A stretch of 64,000 nucleotides of DNA from Octopus vulgaris (lineage: Eukaryota). Where the stretch lies: assembly GCA_951406725.2 (NCBI GenBank), contig OX597815.1, positions 80,290,001 to 80,354,000 of the forward strand, in the 5' to 3' direction. Every line of letters begins with the position of its first letter. Position 1 is the stretch's first letter. Made by a program: the position numbers and the translations under genes. Shown here piece by piece: positions 42,403 through 55,884 of this stretch. The notes beneath the pieces are model-generated. The model was given only the letters and a program-made list of their open reading frames with translations, searched no databases and was not told the DNA's origin.

Positions 42403-43429
42403 CATTCACTGATTTTCTGTGATTTACATATTTTTTCTTTCTTTCTCATTTCCTTCCTTTCTTCATTTCTCTCCTTCATTCCTTCTTCTGTTCCAATTCT
42501 GTTGAACTCATTTTTCCTATTTCTTTCAAATGCTATTGTCCTTCTAGTTTCTCTATTACTCTTCCGTAGTCTCTTCTCTTTCAACTTATCTGCTTACGTC
42601 TGGTTGTCCGACCGTATTCGTGCTTATCCAGTTGGCTACATATTTTCATACATAACTTAACTTTCGCAATCTCTATCTCCTTCAATCTTTCTTTCCTCTT
42701 CATCCTGATTCTCTCTTCCCCATCTCTCACGATTTCTCTCTCGTTCACAATTCCTCTCTCTCTCTCTCTCTCTCTCTCAAACTTTCTATCTACTACATCT
42801 TCACTCTCGCACTATATTTTTGTGTTTAATCTTTTAACTATAATGCAAACAATTATATAACACATCACAGCTTCCGAATCGTTACTATGTTCAAATTCAT
42901 GCTCTCAACCATTGGCAAGTTAAAAGTTAATATAAATATGCATACTCTACACAGACACACACAAATACATACTCACACGCACACACATACGTACAGACAC
43001 AAAAGTAAGCTTATACATCATAGTTCATTAGGATGTTAATTATTCTATAACAGGACATATTAGCATTATTGATACATTTTATTACTTCCTTTCAAAATTT
43101 TAAAACCTCGTTATGTCACATATGTCATTTATCTGAGACTGAATACAATTATCTCCGCTCACATAATTTCAGGACATTTTCTTCTACACGATTATGTATA
43201 AATATACTTATACAGAGATGGCCATAAGTCGCTTTAACCATTTCTAATAATAATAATGAAATGGGTAAAACGACTTAAGGCCATCCTTATATGTACATAC
43301 ATACATACATACATACATACATACATACATACATACATACATACATACATACATACATGCATGCATACATACATACATACATACATGCATACATACATGC
43401 ATACATATATATATACATATATGTATATA

Positions 43430-43977
43430 TGGTGGCTGCCCCCTCGTTATCGAGTATGGTCATTGCACGAAGCTTAATCAATGTTGTTATCGTGCAATGC
43501 CTGTCCAAGAAGATTTTTTTTAAAGTGAGGAAAGGCTGTGCACTGAGTCAATCTCACTCACTAAGCAACAACAGCCATAATCCGAAAAGAAGAACAAGTC
43601 AACATCATCGGTAACCACTGAGCCGCAGGTTTTATGTCGGAGTTATCCCAGTTACCTGAGTTACCTTCTCATGGAGGGATGCCCTGGCAAAGGCTAGGAG
43701 TCCTTCACTCCCAATGGTTTAGCCGCGCGATCGGGTATTCAGTCCGATTATTTCTATGTCCCCGCGCAAGATAGAGCCTTAAGACATTTATTGGATGGCC
43801 GTTGACTCTCAAGAGTTCCTCCGCCCTTTGACGGGTTTTGTCTTTCATCCCGCAGGGTGTCCAGTAAACACCCTCCTCACCAAGCAAGCCTGGTGGGGTT
43901 GCCGGTTTAGTCGACCCGACCATGCAACAGGTTGTACTGGGTTACATGTTACCAGTAGCACTCGAAAGTGACCTGAC
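43430..43977 (-). mobile_element. GC-rich non-coding retroposon in a (TACA)n tract (resembles an RTE 5' UTR)
   Basis: Sharp composition change, (TACA)n on both sides, no credible ORF. Confidence 0.45.
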
Positions 43978-44334
43978 ATAATACATACATACATACATAC
44001 ACACATACATACATACATACATACATACATACATACATACATGCATACATACATACATACATACATATACATACGATTGTGTGAATGTATGTGTATGTGT
44101 ACGCACGCACACGGAAACACGTACATCTATGTAATTTGGTGATAACTTTAGATATTTATGTATACCTACGTATTATGAAGAGTATTCAGTGCACATTTGA
44201 ATGCATGTATATATATATAAATATGTGTGCATGCACGCACATTCATAGACATATAGATCCGTGCACAATATAGACGATATATACATAACATATACACACA
44301 AAAATTTATACATGCATGCATACTTACACACATG

Positions 44335-44375
<41 letters not shown>

Positions 44376-44376
<1 letters not shown>

Positions 44377-44696
44377 ATATAAAATGGGACAAGGACAGAT
44401 CATTCGAAGCCCTCTATCCTCAGTCAAGAACCAGATTATCCTCGCAATTTCGGCTGATTATTCTTGAGATCGCTCCAATCTGGCCAGCCCCAAGGGAAAA
44501 CTAAGCTAAGAGCATTGGATTCTTTAGAAGAAAGACGGAAGAAACGGACAAAGTTACCAAATATAAATACAATAATAAATTCAATAAAAATAATAACAGG
44601 ACATAACAACAGGTGTCTTTCGACTAAGAAGAAATTGAATTAAGCTGGCGTGTGTGGAAATGAAGCCTTACGGTAGAGATACAATTAGCACACGCC

Positions 44697-44700
<4 letters not shown>
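44376..44700 (-). mobile_element. Homologue of the 27108-27527 repeat in (TA)n
   Basis: See 27108-27527. Confidence 0.7.
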
Positions 44701-44762
<62 letters not shown>

Positions 44763-45119
44763 TACTCTCTGAATTATAATAGGCTTAGTAAGATAGGCAT
44801 TATTTTATAGTAAGTTTAGTAAGATATGCATCATTTTCTAAAATCATTCTGCCACAGATATAACATAAGAAAACAATGTAACTATTTTGGTTTCTATTAT
44901 TGATGTAAATTTGTAAAAAAATCTCTGTTTGAAATCTATATGGCGATCAGCAAAAGAAGAGAGCGGCGTCTTTCAAATTGATGTAATGTTTTCATTGATC
45001 AATAAAATAGAGCCGCTTGAAACGGCTATAATGTTTGATACCTGTACATCCTTGTTCTTATTTACATTTTGCACTCTTCATTTGGAGCTGAGCGCACTAT
45101 GCCGAACTGGCAAGTTGCC

Positions 45120-45248
45120 TCGTGCGGTAAGCAGTTTGCTTACCAACCGCATAGATCCAAGTTCAGTCCCACTGCATGACACCTTGGGCAAGTGTCTTCT
45201 ACTACAGCCTCGGGCCGACCTAAGACTTGTGAGTGGATTTGATAGACG
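45120..45248 (+). mobile_element. SINE family B, 5' part
   Basis: gttcagtcccactgcatgacaccttgggcaagtgtcttctact...; other partial copies at 555-610, 28265-28465, 47610-47670, 51789-51850 and 60385-60500. Confidence 0.8.
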
Positions 45249-46001
45249 ATGATGATGATAATGGTGTTGACGATAATGATGGTTATGATGGTATTGATGA
45301 TAATGATGATGATGACGATTGATGATGATACGATTGATGATGATGATGATGATGATGGTGATGCTGTTTGTGTGGTGGCGGTGGCGATGATAATGATGAC
45401 CATGACGATGCTGATTGTAATGTTGGTGTTGGCGGTTATGGAGTTGGTACTGATAGCCGTGGTAGCTGTTGACTCTGGTGCAAACAAAGACGCAACTCCA
45501 ATCGAAAAGGCCCAGTGTGATCCTGCATTGATATGAAAGAGATTTCGCAGGTACTTGCAGAAGATCTATATCTTGTCTTCGAATATTGCTAGAGTTCTTG
45601 ATTGTGATAATGATGATGATGATGATGATGGTAGTGGTGGCGGTGGTGTTATTATTATTGCCATTGCTGTTTTTTGTTGATGTTGTTTAACCTCAGGGAA
45701 GAGCTAATTGAACAAAACACTGATCAAAATCGCTCCAGTTGTAATCTTAAAAAAAAAAATCCAGATCTGCATTATTTAATATGTAATTTATGTTAGACGG
45801 TGAGTTTTGATTTAAAGGAGATATGTCTAATGAAAACGTGGTGTTCATGACTGTACTAACTCTTGACCACAGGAGTGCTTTATCAGAGTTGACCTTGGTC
45901 CACACAAAAATAATAACATACATTGATAACTAATTATTAATATTAGAAATATTGAATTTCTAACTGTCTCAGAGATACATAAGCGGTGGTGAAGCGATAT
46001 A

Positions 46002-46180
46002 GTGGTCGTATACTGTCAACTCAATATGACAGTCCCGTAAGGGAATTACACCACTGCCATTTAGCCCTAGGAAACATCGACGTCTCCTGTCGGCTTTGAC
46101 ACATTTTCTGTGTCCTTATATTTGGTGGTGGTGTAATTTCCTTACGGGACTGTCATATTGAGTTGACAGTATACGACCTC
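46002..46180. mobile_element. MITE with ~52-bp TIRs and TA/TATA TSD
   Basis: GTGGTCGTATACTGTCAACTCAATATGACAGTCCCGTAAGG... is mirrored at 46129-46180; TATA on both sides. Confidence 0.85.
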
Positions 46181-46661
46181 TATAATTATTAATAATATTA
46201 ATGAAACAGAACTTTGCAATCAAGGTGTAAAAGCAATATAAATTAAGAAAACTGAGATGAAGAAACAGGAATATACGTAAATTAATTGCAAACGAGAAGT
46301 GATCTTGTTCATTATTATTAAGCTAATTCTTTTTCCCCTTCTTACATTTAATCCACTACATTGCAGTTATTATCTGCAGCGTCTCAATCATTTACGCTAT
46401 CAATCTATACCGGTAACTCACAATATACTCATATCTGCCTTCATAATCGTTAAATGTCTACGCTTATTGCCATCTAGCCATTTATTTAACCTCTTAATTT
46501 AATCATTCTTTCGTGTCACAAATAATCAGAATCATCAGCTTCTTCTTGATCTCCATGTCCTCTCAGTGAACGCTCCTAGGTCGAAGTTGCAATTCGCTGA
46601 CCATTTCACTCGTATTTCCAAGAATAATTTCTTACATAAAATACAATTTTTCTCGGCGCCA

Positions 46662-46906
<245 letters not shown>

Positions 46907-46982
46907 GTATATATATATCTATATATATATATATATATGCATACACACACACACACACATATGTATATATACATATATAACA

Positions 46983-47455
46983 TCAGTATTCAATTAATAG
47001 AGGAAAAGAAAATGGAGAGTTGAAAGATAATAATTGTCTATTAATAAAGTGATACTTCATACTTCCTACAGCTGTTTCAATTGTGCTCATTAAATAAATT
47101 ACAAATTTCTACTTTAAACATATTTAGTCTGCCGGTATGAACTAAGAGGTTAGCATATAATCTTTTATTGTATATTCTTTTAACAGATGATATTTTTCCC
47201 ATGTTTTATAAATGCAAATTTATTTGAAACAAAATTTGTACCACGCAATTGGAACAGCTATAGGAAGTATCTAGTATCACTTTATTAATAAATAGTTCTT
47301 AACTTTCAATACTCCATATTCTTTTCGTCTATTAATTGAATACTGATTATATGCATAACCTATTGATTTAGTGAAATTTTATTTCCCCCAAATATTAGGT
47401 ATAGAACCAATGTTTTCTTGGATGTAATCATCCCTTTAAGAGATTAATATATCTT
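46983..47455 (+). mobile_element. Decayed palindromic pLTR element
   Basis: Arms ~46983-47085 and ~47243-47348, one-sided tail to ~47455; retains the hammerhead 3' half GAAA-cagctg-TA. Confidence 0.6.
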
Positions 47456-48437
47456 CTAATTGACTTATATATATACATATATACTTATATACAATATGTA
47501 TGTATGTGTATGTATATGTATATTATATATATATGTGTGTGAGTGTATATACATATACATATATATATGTGTGTGTGTGTGTGTATATCGATATGCATAT
47601 CATATAGATTCTTTTATTCTTTTACTTGTTTCAGTCATTTGACTGAGGCCATATGGAGCGCCGCATTTAAAGATATGGAACGCTTCACAAATTTGCGTGT
47701 CATCGTTCCAATTTTAGTATATGTATTGCCGAAGCAAGTATATATACATACATACATACATACATACATACATACATACATACATACAGTGGTCACTATA
47801 TTGATCACTCTAGCACCAGTTAATCCAAAGGTTCAACCACGAAAATACATGTTTCCCATGAAAGCCAGTACGACTGTTAGCTCACACGGACAGGGCAAAT
47901 AAAATAACAAAAATACAGATTATTTTGGGACAATATTAATGAATTAAATGTAATATTACTTACAATAATCCATTTGTAGCTCGTCAGAAGACTATCTGGA
48001 TGAAATCCACTAATCACACGCCAGATTTTACCATAACGATAAATACGCGTGTGGTTCAATTGATTACATCCGACGTTATAATTCAAATGCCCCAACCAAC
48101 AGCGCCAAACTCACGGAAAACAAATACAGCATTTAGAAATAAATGCAGCATAATTATAATTAATTAATAAGGGTGAGAGAATTAGATACTAATTTAATAG
48201 TATATTTATTCCACACCAAGTGGCCTAGTGCTACGAGAAACCTGGATTATTATAATATTTTATAACATATTATAATATTTTCACAAAATAAATATAGAGA
48301 GTGGTCACTATATTGATCACTCTAGCACCAGTTAATCCAAAAGGTTTCAACCACGAAAATACATGTTTCCATGAAAGCCAGTACGACTGTTAGCTCACAC
48401 GGACAGGGCAATAAAAATAACAAAAATACAGATTATT

Positions 48438-48512
48438 TTGGACAATTGTTTCGCTATTAATGAATTAAATGTAATATTACTTACAATAATCCATTTGTAG
48501 CTCGTCAGCCAA
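48438..48512 (-). ncRNA. Type I hammerhead ribozyme (unit 2)
   Basis: ttgg-CTGACGA-gcta...tagc-GAAA-caattg-TC-caa (consensus with unit 3 gives ccaa). Confidence 0.85.
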
Positions 48513-48958
48513 GACTATCTGGATGAAATCCACTCAATCACACGCCAGATTTTACCATAACGATAAATACGCGTGTGGTTCATTGATTACATCCGACGTT
48601 ATAATTCAAATGCCCCAACCAACAGCGCGCCAAACTCTCCGAAACAAATACAGCATTTAGAAATAAATGCAGCATAATTATAATTAATTAATAAGGGTGA
48701 GAGAATTAGATACTAATTTTAGTATATTTATTCCACACCAAGTGGCCTAGTGCTACGAGAAACCTGATTATTATAATATTTTATAACATATTATAATATT
48801 TTCACAAAATAAATATAAGAAGTGGTCACTATATTGATCACTCTAGCACCATTAATCCAAAAGGTTTCAACCACGAAAATACATGTTTCCCATGAAAGCC
48901 AGTACGACTGTTAGCTCACACGGACAGGGCAAATAAAAATAACAAAATACAGATTATT

Positions 48959-49030
48959 TTGGGACAATTGTTTCGCTATTAATGAATTAAATGTAATATT
49001 ACTTACAATAATCCATTTGTAGCTCGTCAG
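48959..49030 (-). ncRNA. Type I hammerhead ribozyme (unit 3)
   Basis: CTGACGA-gcta...tagc-GAAA-caattg-TC-ccaa; the stem I 5' strand has a small deletion. The unit 1 copy lacks the GAAA segment. Confidence 0.75.
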
Positions 49031-49551
49031 AGACTATCTGGATGAAATCCACTCAATCACACGCCAGATTTTACCATAACGATAAATACGCGTGTGGTTC
49101 AATTGATTACATCCGACGTTATAATTCAAATGCCCCAACCAACAGCGCGCCAACTCACGGAAAACAAATACAGCATTTAGAAATAAATGCAGCATAATAT
49201 AATTAATTAAGGGTGAGAATTATACTAATTAAGTATATTTATTCCAAATAACGAAAACCATTATTATATATTTATAACATATTATATATTTTCACAAAAT
49301 AAATATAAGAGATGGTCACTATATATCATAAAGTATCAAGTTAACCACGAAAATACATGTTTCCATCTTTCATGGGAAACATGTATTTTCGTGGTTGAAA
49401 CCTTTGATAATGGTTAATGATCAATATAGTGACACTCTCTTATATTTATTTTGTGAAAATATTATAATATGTTATAAAATATTATAATACAGGTTTCTCG
49501 TGCACAACTTGTGTGGAATAAATATACATTAAATTATATCTAATTTCACAT

Positions 49552-49671
<120 letters not shown>

Positions 49672-51392
49672 CAAACGGGTCTCAGGTTCGCTGATTAAGA
49701 GAACATTTGCCTGATGCGTGATGCTGCAGACTTGAACTTGATAATCTATTGCATACCATTTCAAATATATTGGGCAATGATACTATTATCATACTGATTT
49801 TGGATCCTTCCAACACTACGATGCTCTCGTGACACGACTCCTCCAGTCTCAAAAACTGACTTACTGTTTGGAGACGTTCGCTCTTGCTAGAAACCTTAAT
49901 CATTTAATTTTCTTCTAATTTAACCCTTATTTTTCGATCTATTTCGAAACGGTGATGATTCTTGTTTTCTTTTCTTTTATTCTCCGCTATCCAACGCACT
50001 GTGTTTATTGTTGTTGTATGTTCTCCATCATTTTATATATTTGAGTTTTATAATTACACTTAATCAATGACTATTTCAAATTCAAAATGAGACGCTATTA
50101 GTATAGTACAAAGCTTTATTATTGGGAGATATCCATTTGTGTGCCGCTAGATTTATTGATGTTCTGTTTTGAAACCTAAATCATAAAGAATGCATATGCT
50201 AGAATTATAAAATGTTTAATGAAGATATTCAACATAGGAGTCAAATGGTGTAAAATAACTCGTGTTCATGTGCTACAACATATATTTCTCAAATGATCTT
50301 ATATAATTTGGATAGCTTTTAAATTGGCTTGCTACATTGAAAAAAAAATTCTGAATACCGTTTTCCTTGCATGAATTTGATCAAATGACCGAATTTCCGT
50401 TCAAGTCAATTCTGTTTGTTGAGGTTTCCTTAATTTGGAAAAAGAGTCAGAGTATAATTGATATGCAGTGGAGTTAAACAGAATAATATAATTTTCTAAG
50501 GATCCAGGAGTTTCTTTTATATATGAAATGATTAATGTTTAAGGTAGATTTCTAATCTACACTTTTATCAGAATAAATTACAATTATTGAAAGTTGTCCG
50601 CTTCCTCGAGGGAAAACATTTACGCTGCTTTCACTTCCCTTCTTTTTCGAAATATTATCTCGATCGTATCTGATGGATATTGTGCCACTAACATGTTTGA
50701 TAACAGTATTGATAAACTCACTCACACGAACACTACATTGATAGAGTTAGATAGAGTTAGGTTGTGGGAGAGAGAGGAGAAACAGATTTTCAAAGATAAT
50801 TTAATAGAAAGACATATAAATTGATCGATAGATAATAGATACACATGTTAGGAAATAAAGAGAGATATATTTCGAAATAAATACTAAAGGATACCTAGAT
50901 AAATATGGAGAAAGTTGGTAAATTTTGATTGACAGATAATAAACAGACCATAAAAGAAATATGCATGTGTGAATGTACGTATGCGTGTATGTATGTATGC
51001 ATACGTATGTATTTACGTATGCATGTGTATATGTTACAAGTAACAAGTAGAAGATAAAAGACTAAAACAAGTAAAAGATAAAAGATAGATAACCAGTTAA
51101 CTGATTTACTAATCGATCGTTTGATTAGTCGTTCAGCCAATCAGTCAATCACGTAAAGGCGATCAAAGGACTCTGATGAAACTGTTTGATTGATTGATTG
51201 GTTGACTGAATGAATAGTGAAAAATTCGATAAGTCAGTTGGTTAAATGGTTATCTACTTCATCGATAATAATAAAAGAAGTGAAACATAATCAGAGCGTG
51301 TGTAGATTCGTGGCATAATGACCGTCCAAAGATGCAATACATAATTAAATACACTTAAACACACACATATATACACACACGCACACAAAAAC

Positions 51393-51465
<73 letters not shown>

Positions 51466-51562
51466 TAAGGGCTCCTAAATTAAGATGCCGAGTGCTGGGA
51501 ACACAAAAAGGGGATGAATTTATCGAGAGTGAAAATCAAAAACGTTTACCGATAACTTTAAC

Positions 51563-51638
51563 AACTCGAACCGCGGTTTCTGCTTCTTTCTAGCAAAACA
51601 CAGAATATGTTTGCTAAGGCTAGCTTCGTCAGCGAGTC
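51563..51638 (-). ncRNA. Type I hammerhead ribozyme in a pLTR-like element (~51462-51788) next to (TA)n
   Basis: gactcg-CTGACGA-agct..tagcaaa..tttgcta..agca-GAAA-ccgcgg-TT-cgagtt; 6-bp stem I, palindromic stem III. Confidence 0.8.
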
Positions 51639-52643
51639 GCCTAAATTGAATCGAGGTCTGCAGCGATGTGGGACCATGTGTTGATCTCGACTACTAGCAG
51701 ATCTTAACTTTTCAAATCTCTGCGCAGACGCAAAACTTACACGGCAGTATAGGGCATGCCGGGAAGAATTTTACGAATAAATCCATCAGGCGCAGGAGTG
51801 GCAGTGTGGTAAGCAGCTTGCTTACCAATCACATGGTTCCGGGTTCAGTAAAAGAGTAAAAGAATAAAAGTGTAAAAAAGTAAAAGAGTATCTCAAATCT
51901 ATAGTGATCCATAAAATTTTAAAGGGAATAACATTACAGTAAACTTAGTAGTCAAAGAAATTTTAACTATGTCAAAATTCGTTTCGCCCATAAGCCACAT
52001 GAGATACATATAGAAAGAGCCTTAAGGATACACACACAACTGAAATGAAGATTAAAAAAAAAGATTAAAATTAAAAAGTGGGTGGATTTGACATTATAAT
52101 TATAGATTGGAAATTCTTCCGTGTAACTTTACGCAAGTAATATCTTATTAAAAATTCCTATTTGGGAAATATTTAACACGAACAAAGCTTAGCAGCCGGA
52201 GACACCTTCACTAGGTCAAAATTTGTTTCACCCAACCACTACATAAGATAAAAACAGAAAGAACTTTAAAGATAAATAGATGTATTACAAGGAATTAAGA
52301 GAGTTAGGAACAGAAGCTACAAAAACAAAATTACAAACAATTAAATTATTCTTCGAAGAAATCTACCATATTTCCACCTCTAGATGCAAATTACTGAATC
52401 ATCGACATGAATTAGCCCCGAGATGTCGGCATATTTCCATGAAACTGTTGAAAAATATTACCCAAATAAATATTGTAAACATATTACTGCCGTAGGGGTA
52501 CACTGATGAATTACCTAGACGAACATTTCAGAATTACTATAATTAGGTTTTAATAATCTAACAATTAACATCACCACTTTTTATGTTTATAGACATACAT
52601 GCATCCAGCTATCACTCCCTCTGTCTCTCTCTGTCTCTCTCTT

Positions 52644-52733
<90 letters not shown>

Positions 52734-52960
52734 CATTATATATTTAAATAATATAAATTAAATAATCTTATGTATTGGCTTAAGTTTTTCATTGTTTGAT
52801 TTGCCTAATAGTGGTTTTGTCTCTAATTTAATATAATATATATATATATATAGGTTTTGTTGAAATATGTTTATCACATATTTCAACTTCTAAAGGCAAA
52901 TACGTTGCAGCTAGTGGAGAAATTACTCCGATATGTGACAAACATATTTCAACTAACCTA

Positions 52961-53029
<69 letters not shown>

Positions 53030-53030
<1 letters not shown>

Positions 53031-53893
53031 TGCACGGTGCCTAATTACATATATACACGGTGCCTATACATATATACACTATTGTCTAATTACGCAAAAA
53101 ATGAAAATCACACTGGCATCTCATTTTAACAGACATATTTACCAAAATTACATAAAAATATCTTGAAATACTAATGAGTAAATTTATTCAATAGAAATCA
53201 CCATTGGCTTCAAACACGGCATCCAGACGACTTCGGAATCTCCTGTGACTCTCCTTGCTTAAGTTGGTGATTGCTGTCATAATCCTTGCCTTCAGTTCAT
53301 CTTTGGTGGTACAAGAAGTTGTATTGGTCTCTCGCTCAACTATAACCCGCACATAATAATCAATGGTGTCGCAGAAATTGTTTGACAGCTATGGCTTGGT
53401 TCTCCTTCTTGTGTAGCTTGGTGCATTGTCTTGTTGTCAGACATAGGGTCTTCCAATAGCGACCCTCTTGACCCAGGCCAGCACTATCTCCTCCAGGCAT
53501 TTGGTGTAGCCGCCTTATTGAGTCTGAGGCTGTGTGGGAAGATGAATGGCGGTATAACGTCACCATCACTAGTGATCCTTCCAAATACCATGACGTTGAC
53601 TGGATGTTTGATTTTTATTATTCTCGGCACATGTCCTCGGATTTCACTGTCCTAAGATTGACACCGAGACACTCTGAAATGTTCGTATTGGAGTTTCCAG
53701 CGTGAATGCCTAGCAGTACAGAATGTTGTGTCCTAATTTCTGGGAGAATGAGTTGCGTCATGGTTCTGTTTTTCTCACACGTGATGCCCAACTGACCCTA
53801 CTATACTGTGTAGTCAACAAAATCAAAAACAAACAATGCGCATACGCGAAATTAAAAGTATAAAATAACCACAATTTACCCATCGCATCCTGT
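53030..53893 (-). mobile_element. Tc1/mariner deleted derivative (same family as 20996-21572)
   Basis: End ...CCCATCGCATCCTG-TA; transposase fragments IKHPVNVMVFGRITSD and RFRSRLDAVFEANGDFY. Confidence 0.8.
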
Positions 53894-54000
53894 ATATACC
53901 TGAGTAAGTACATAAATGCGAAACAAGGTGGGAAAAATAGCACTCGAATACCGGATGTAGAGTAATATGCTTTATTATTAAAGCTGCGAAAACACCACCA

Positions 54001-54125
54001 CGGTTGACTTTGTCTTTAAACTTTTCGGGGTCGATAAATTAAGTATCAGTGAAACAGTGGAGTCGATGTAATCGACTTATCCTTCCCCTCCCAAAATGGC
54101 TGCCCTTGTAGCAAACTTTGAAACT
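54001..54125 (+). mobile_element. 5'-truncated SINE A inserted in a pLTR tail
   Basis: Family A core; TATTATTAAAGCTGC.AAAACA is duplicated on both sides; host 53925-54165 is homologous to 56000-56085. Confidence 0.65.
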
Positions 54126-54448
54126 ATTATTAAAGCTGCAAAAACATCGCAAAATTATTACCAAGGAACTACTGCCGTAAGGTTACACTGATGAATTACC
54201 AAGACAAAAATTTCAGATTTACTATAGTTTGGATTTGATAATCTAACCGTTAACATCACCAAGTTGTATGTTCTGTATACACACCTATATATATTCATCT
54301 TTTATGTTTTTTCCAACTCATGGTTTTCTTCAATTTTATACAGCACGATATTTATATAATATTATTTTTATTTTGACTTTCTATTTGTATATTTACTGCC
54401 TCAACTTGCACACCTCTGAAAGACCGTTAGTGAAAACAACCAACTCTG

Positions 54449-54513
<65 letters not shown>

Positions 54514-54524
54514 ACACACACTCT

Positions 54525-54733
54525 CTTTTACTCTTTTACTTGCTTCAGTCATTTGACTTTGGCCATACTGGAGAACCGCCTTTAGTCGAGCAAACCGACC
54601 CCAGGACTTTTTTGTAAGCCTAGTACTTATTCTATCGGTCTCTCTTGCCGAACCGCTAATTTACGGGGACGTAAACACACCACCATCGGTTGTCAAACGA
54701 TGTTGGGGGGACAAACACAGATACACAAACATG

Positions 54734-54791
<58 letters not shown>

Positions 54792-54945
54792 CATATATAC
54801 GACGGGCTTCTTTCAGTTTCCGACTACCAAATCCACTCACAAGGCTTTGGTCTGCCCGAGGATATAGACTCTTGCCCAAGGTGCCGTGCAGTGGGACTGA
54901 ACCCGGAACCATGTGGTTTGTAAGCAAGCTACCAGACAGCCACTC
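54525..54945 (-). mobile_element. Full-length SINE family B with internal (CA)n/(TA)n
   Basis: Head at ~54945, CORE-like block, internal microsatellite 54735-54800, tail ..cagtcatttgact..ttttactc. Confidence 0.88.
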
Positions 54946-55590
54946 ATATATGAATACACCCCCACACAGACACACAAACACATTTATATGGTTATGATTG
55001 GTTTATAGAGTTACTCAGGGTTTCGTATCCATAAAGCACTTAACTTACAACGTCTCGTTAGACCCTGATGGCCGGTGGTTATAGCCCATAATAATCTTTG
55101 TCTAATTACTCTACTGCTCTATATTGTGTTTCTCTTCCGGATTTATGATTTACTGACGGTATATACATGTATGTATGCTTGTGTTTGTGTGTTTGTGTGT
55201 GTGTGTGTTTGCGTGGATGTCGGCGTGTATCATTGCCTGTGTGTGTATATACATATATAAATTATATAATGTTATATAAATTAAAGAGGTTCATGCATGG
55301 TCAACCACAAGAAAATGCTATATTTGAAAACTATGTAACGGTTGAAGTCTCTAAAATGTCGGCTGTGTTCCAGTTAGCCTATACGTGTGTATGTGTGTGA
55401 ATGTGTGTGTGTGTATGTAATTGTGCTCGTCAGTACGCTTGCATAAATATGGATCCGCACGTGTAAACACACATACATACACACACATAAACGTACATAT
55501 AAGCGTGTTTGTTGGTGCATACGTGGGTACGTGTGTATGTATATATGTGTGTATGGGTGTATGTATAATGCATACATACCTATATATGTA

Positions 55591-55803
55591 ACGAGGGGAT
55601 GCTGAGAATTGCCTGGCTTTAAGATTACCGCGAAAGGCCTGGTTAGAGACCCAACCCTCCGAGTTCTTTTACAGGGCTTATAAAAACAGAAGGATCGCTG
55701 CTGTAAGTCTATGAATACATGAAAGGAATATGCTGGGAAATCATTATTATCTGATCCTCCTCTATTTTCTTTTACCCCGAGCCAGGAACTTTTCAGCATA
55801 CCC
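55591..55803. mobile_element. Mariner-type MITE
   Basis: CGAGGGGATGCTGAGAATTGCCTGGCT / AGCCAGGAACTTTTCAGCATACCCT inverted ends in TA context. Confidence 0.7.
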
Positions 55804-55818
55804 TTATATATATACGTG

Positions 55819-55879
<61 letters not shown>

Positions 55880-55884
55880 CATAC

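Larger units (their letters stand above)
47788..49548 (-). repeat. Tandem array of a ~520-bp hammerhead-bearing unit plus an inverted partial unit (retrozyme-like / tandem pLTR)
   Basis: Units start at 47788, 48300, 48821 and ~49312 (partial); inverted segment 49369-49548 runs into (TA)n; no ORF. Confidence 0.9.

Noticed and set aside
47788-49365. Tandem repeats as a CRISPR array or plain satellite
   Set aside because: No unique spacers or cas genes, eukaryotic context; units carry a hammerhead and a pLTR terminal motif.
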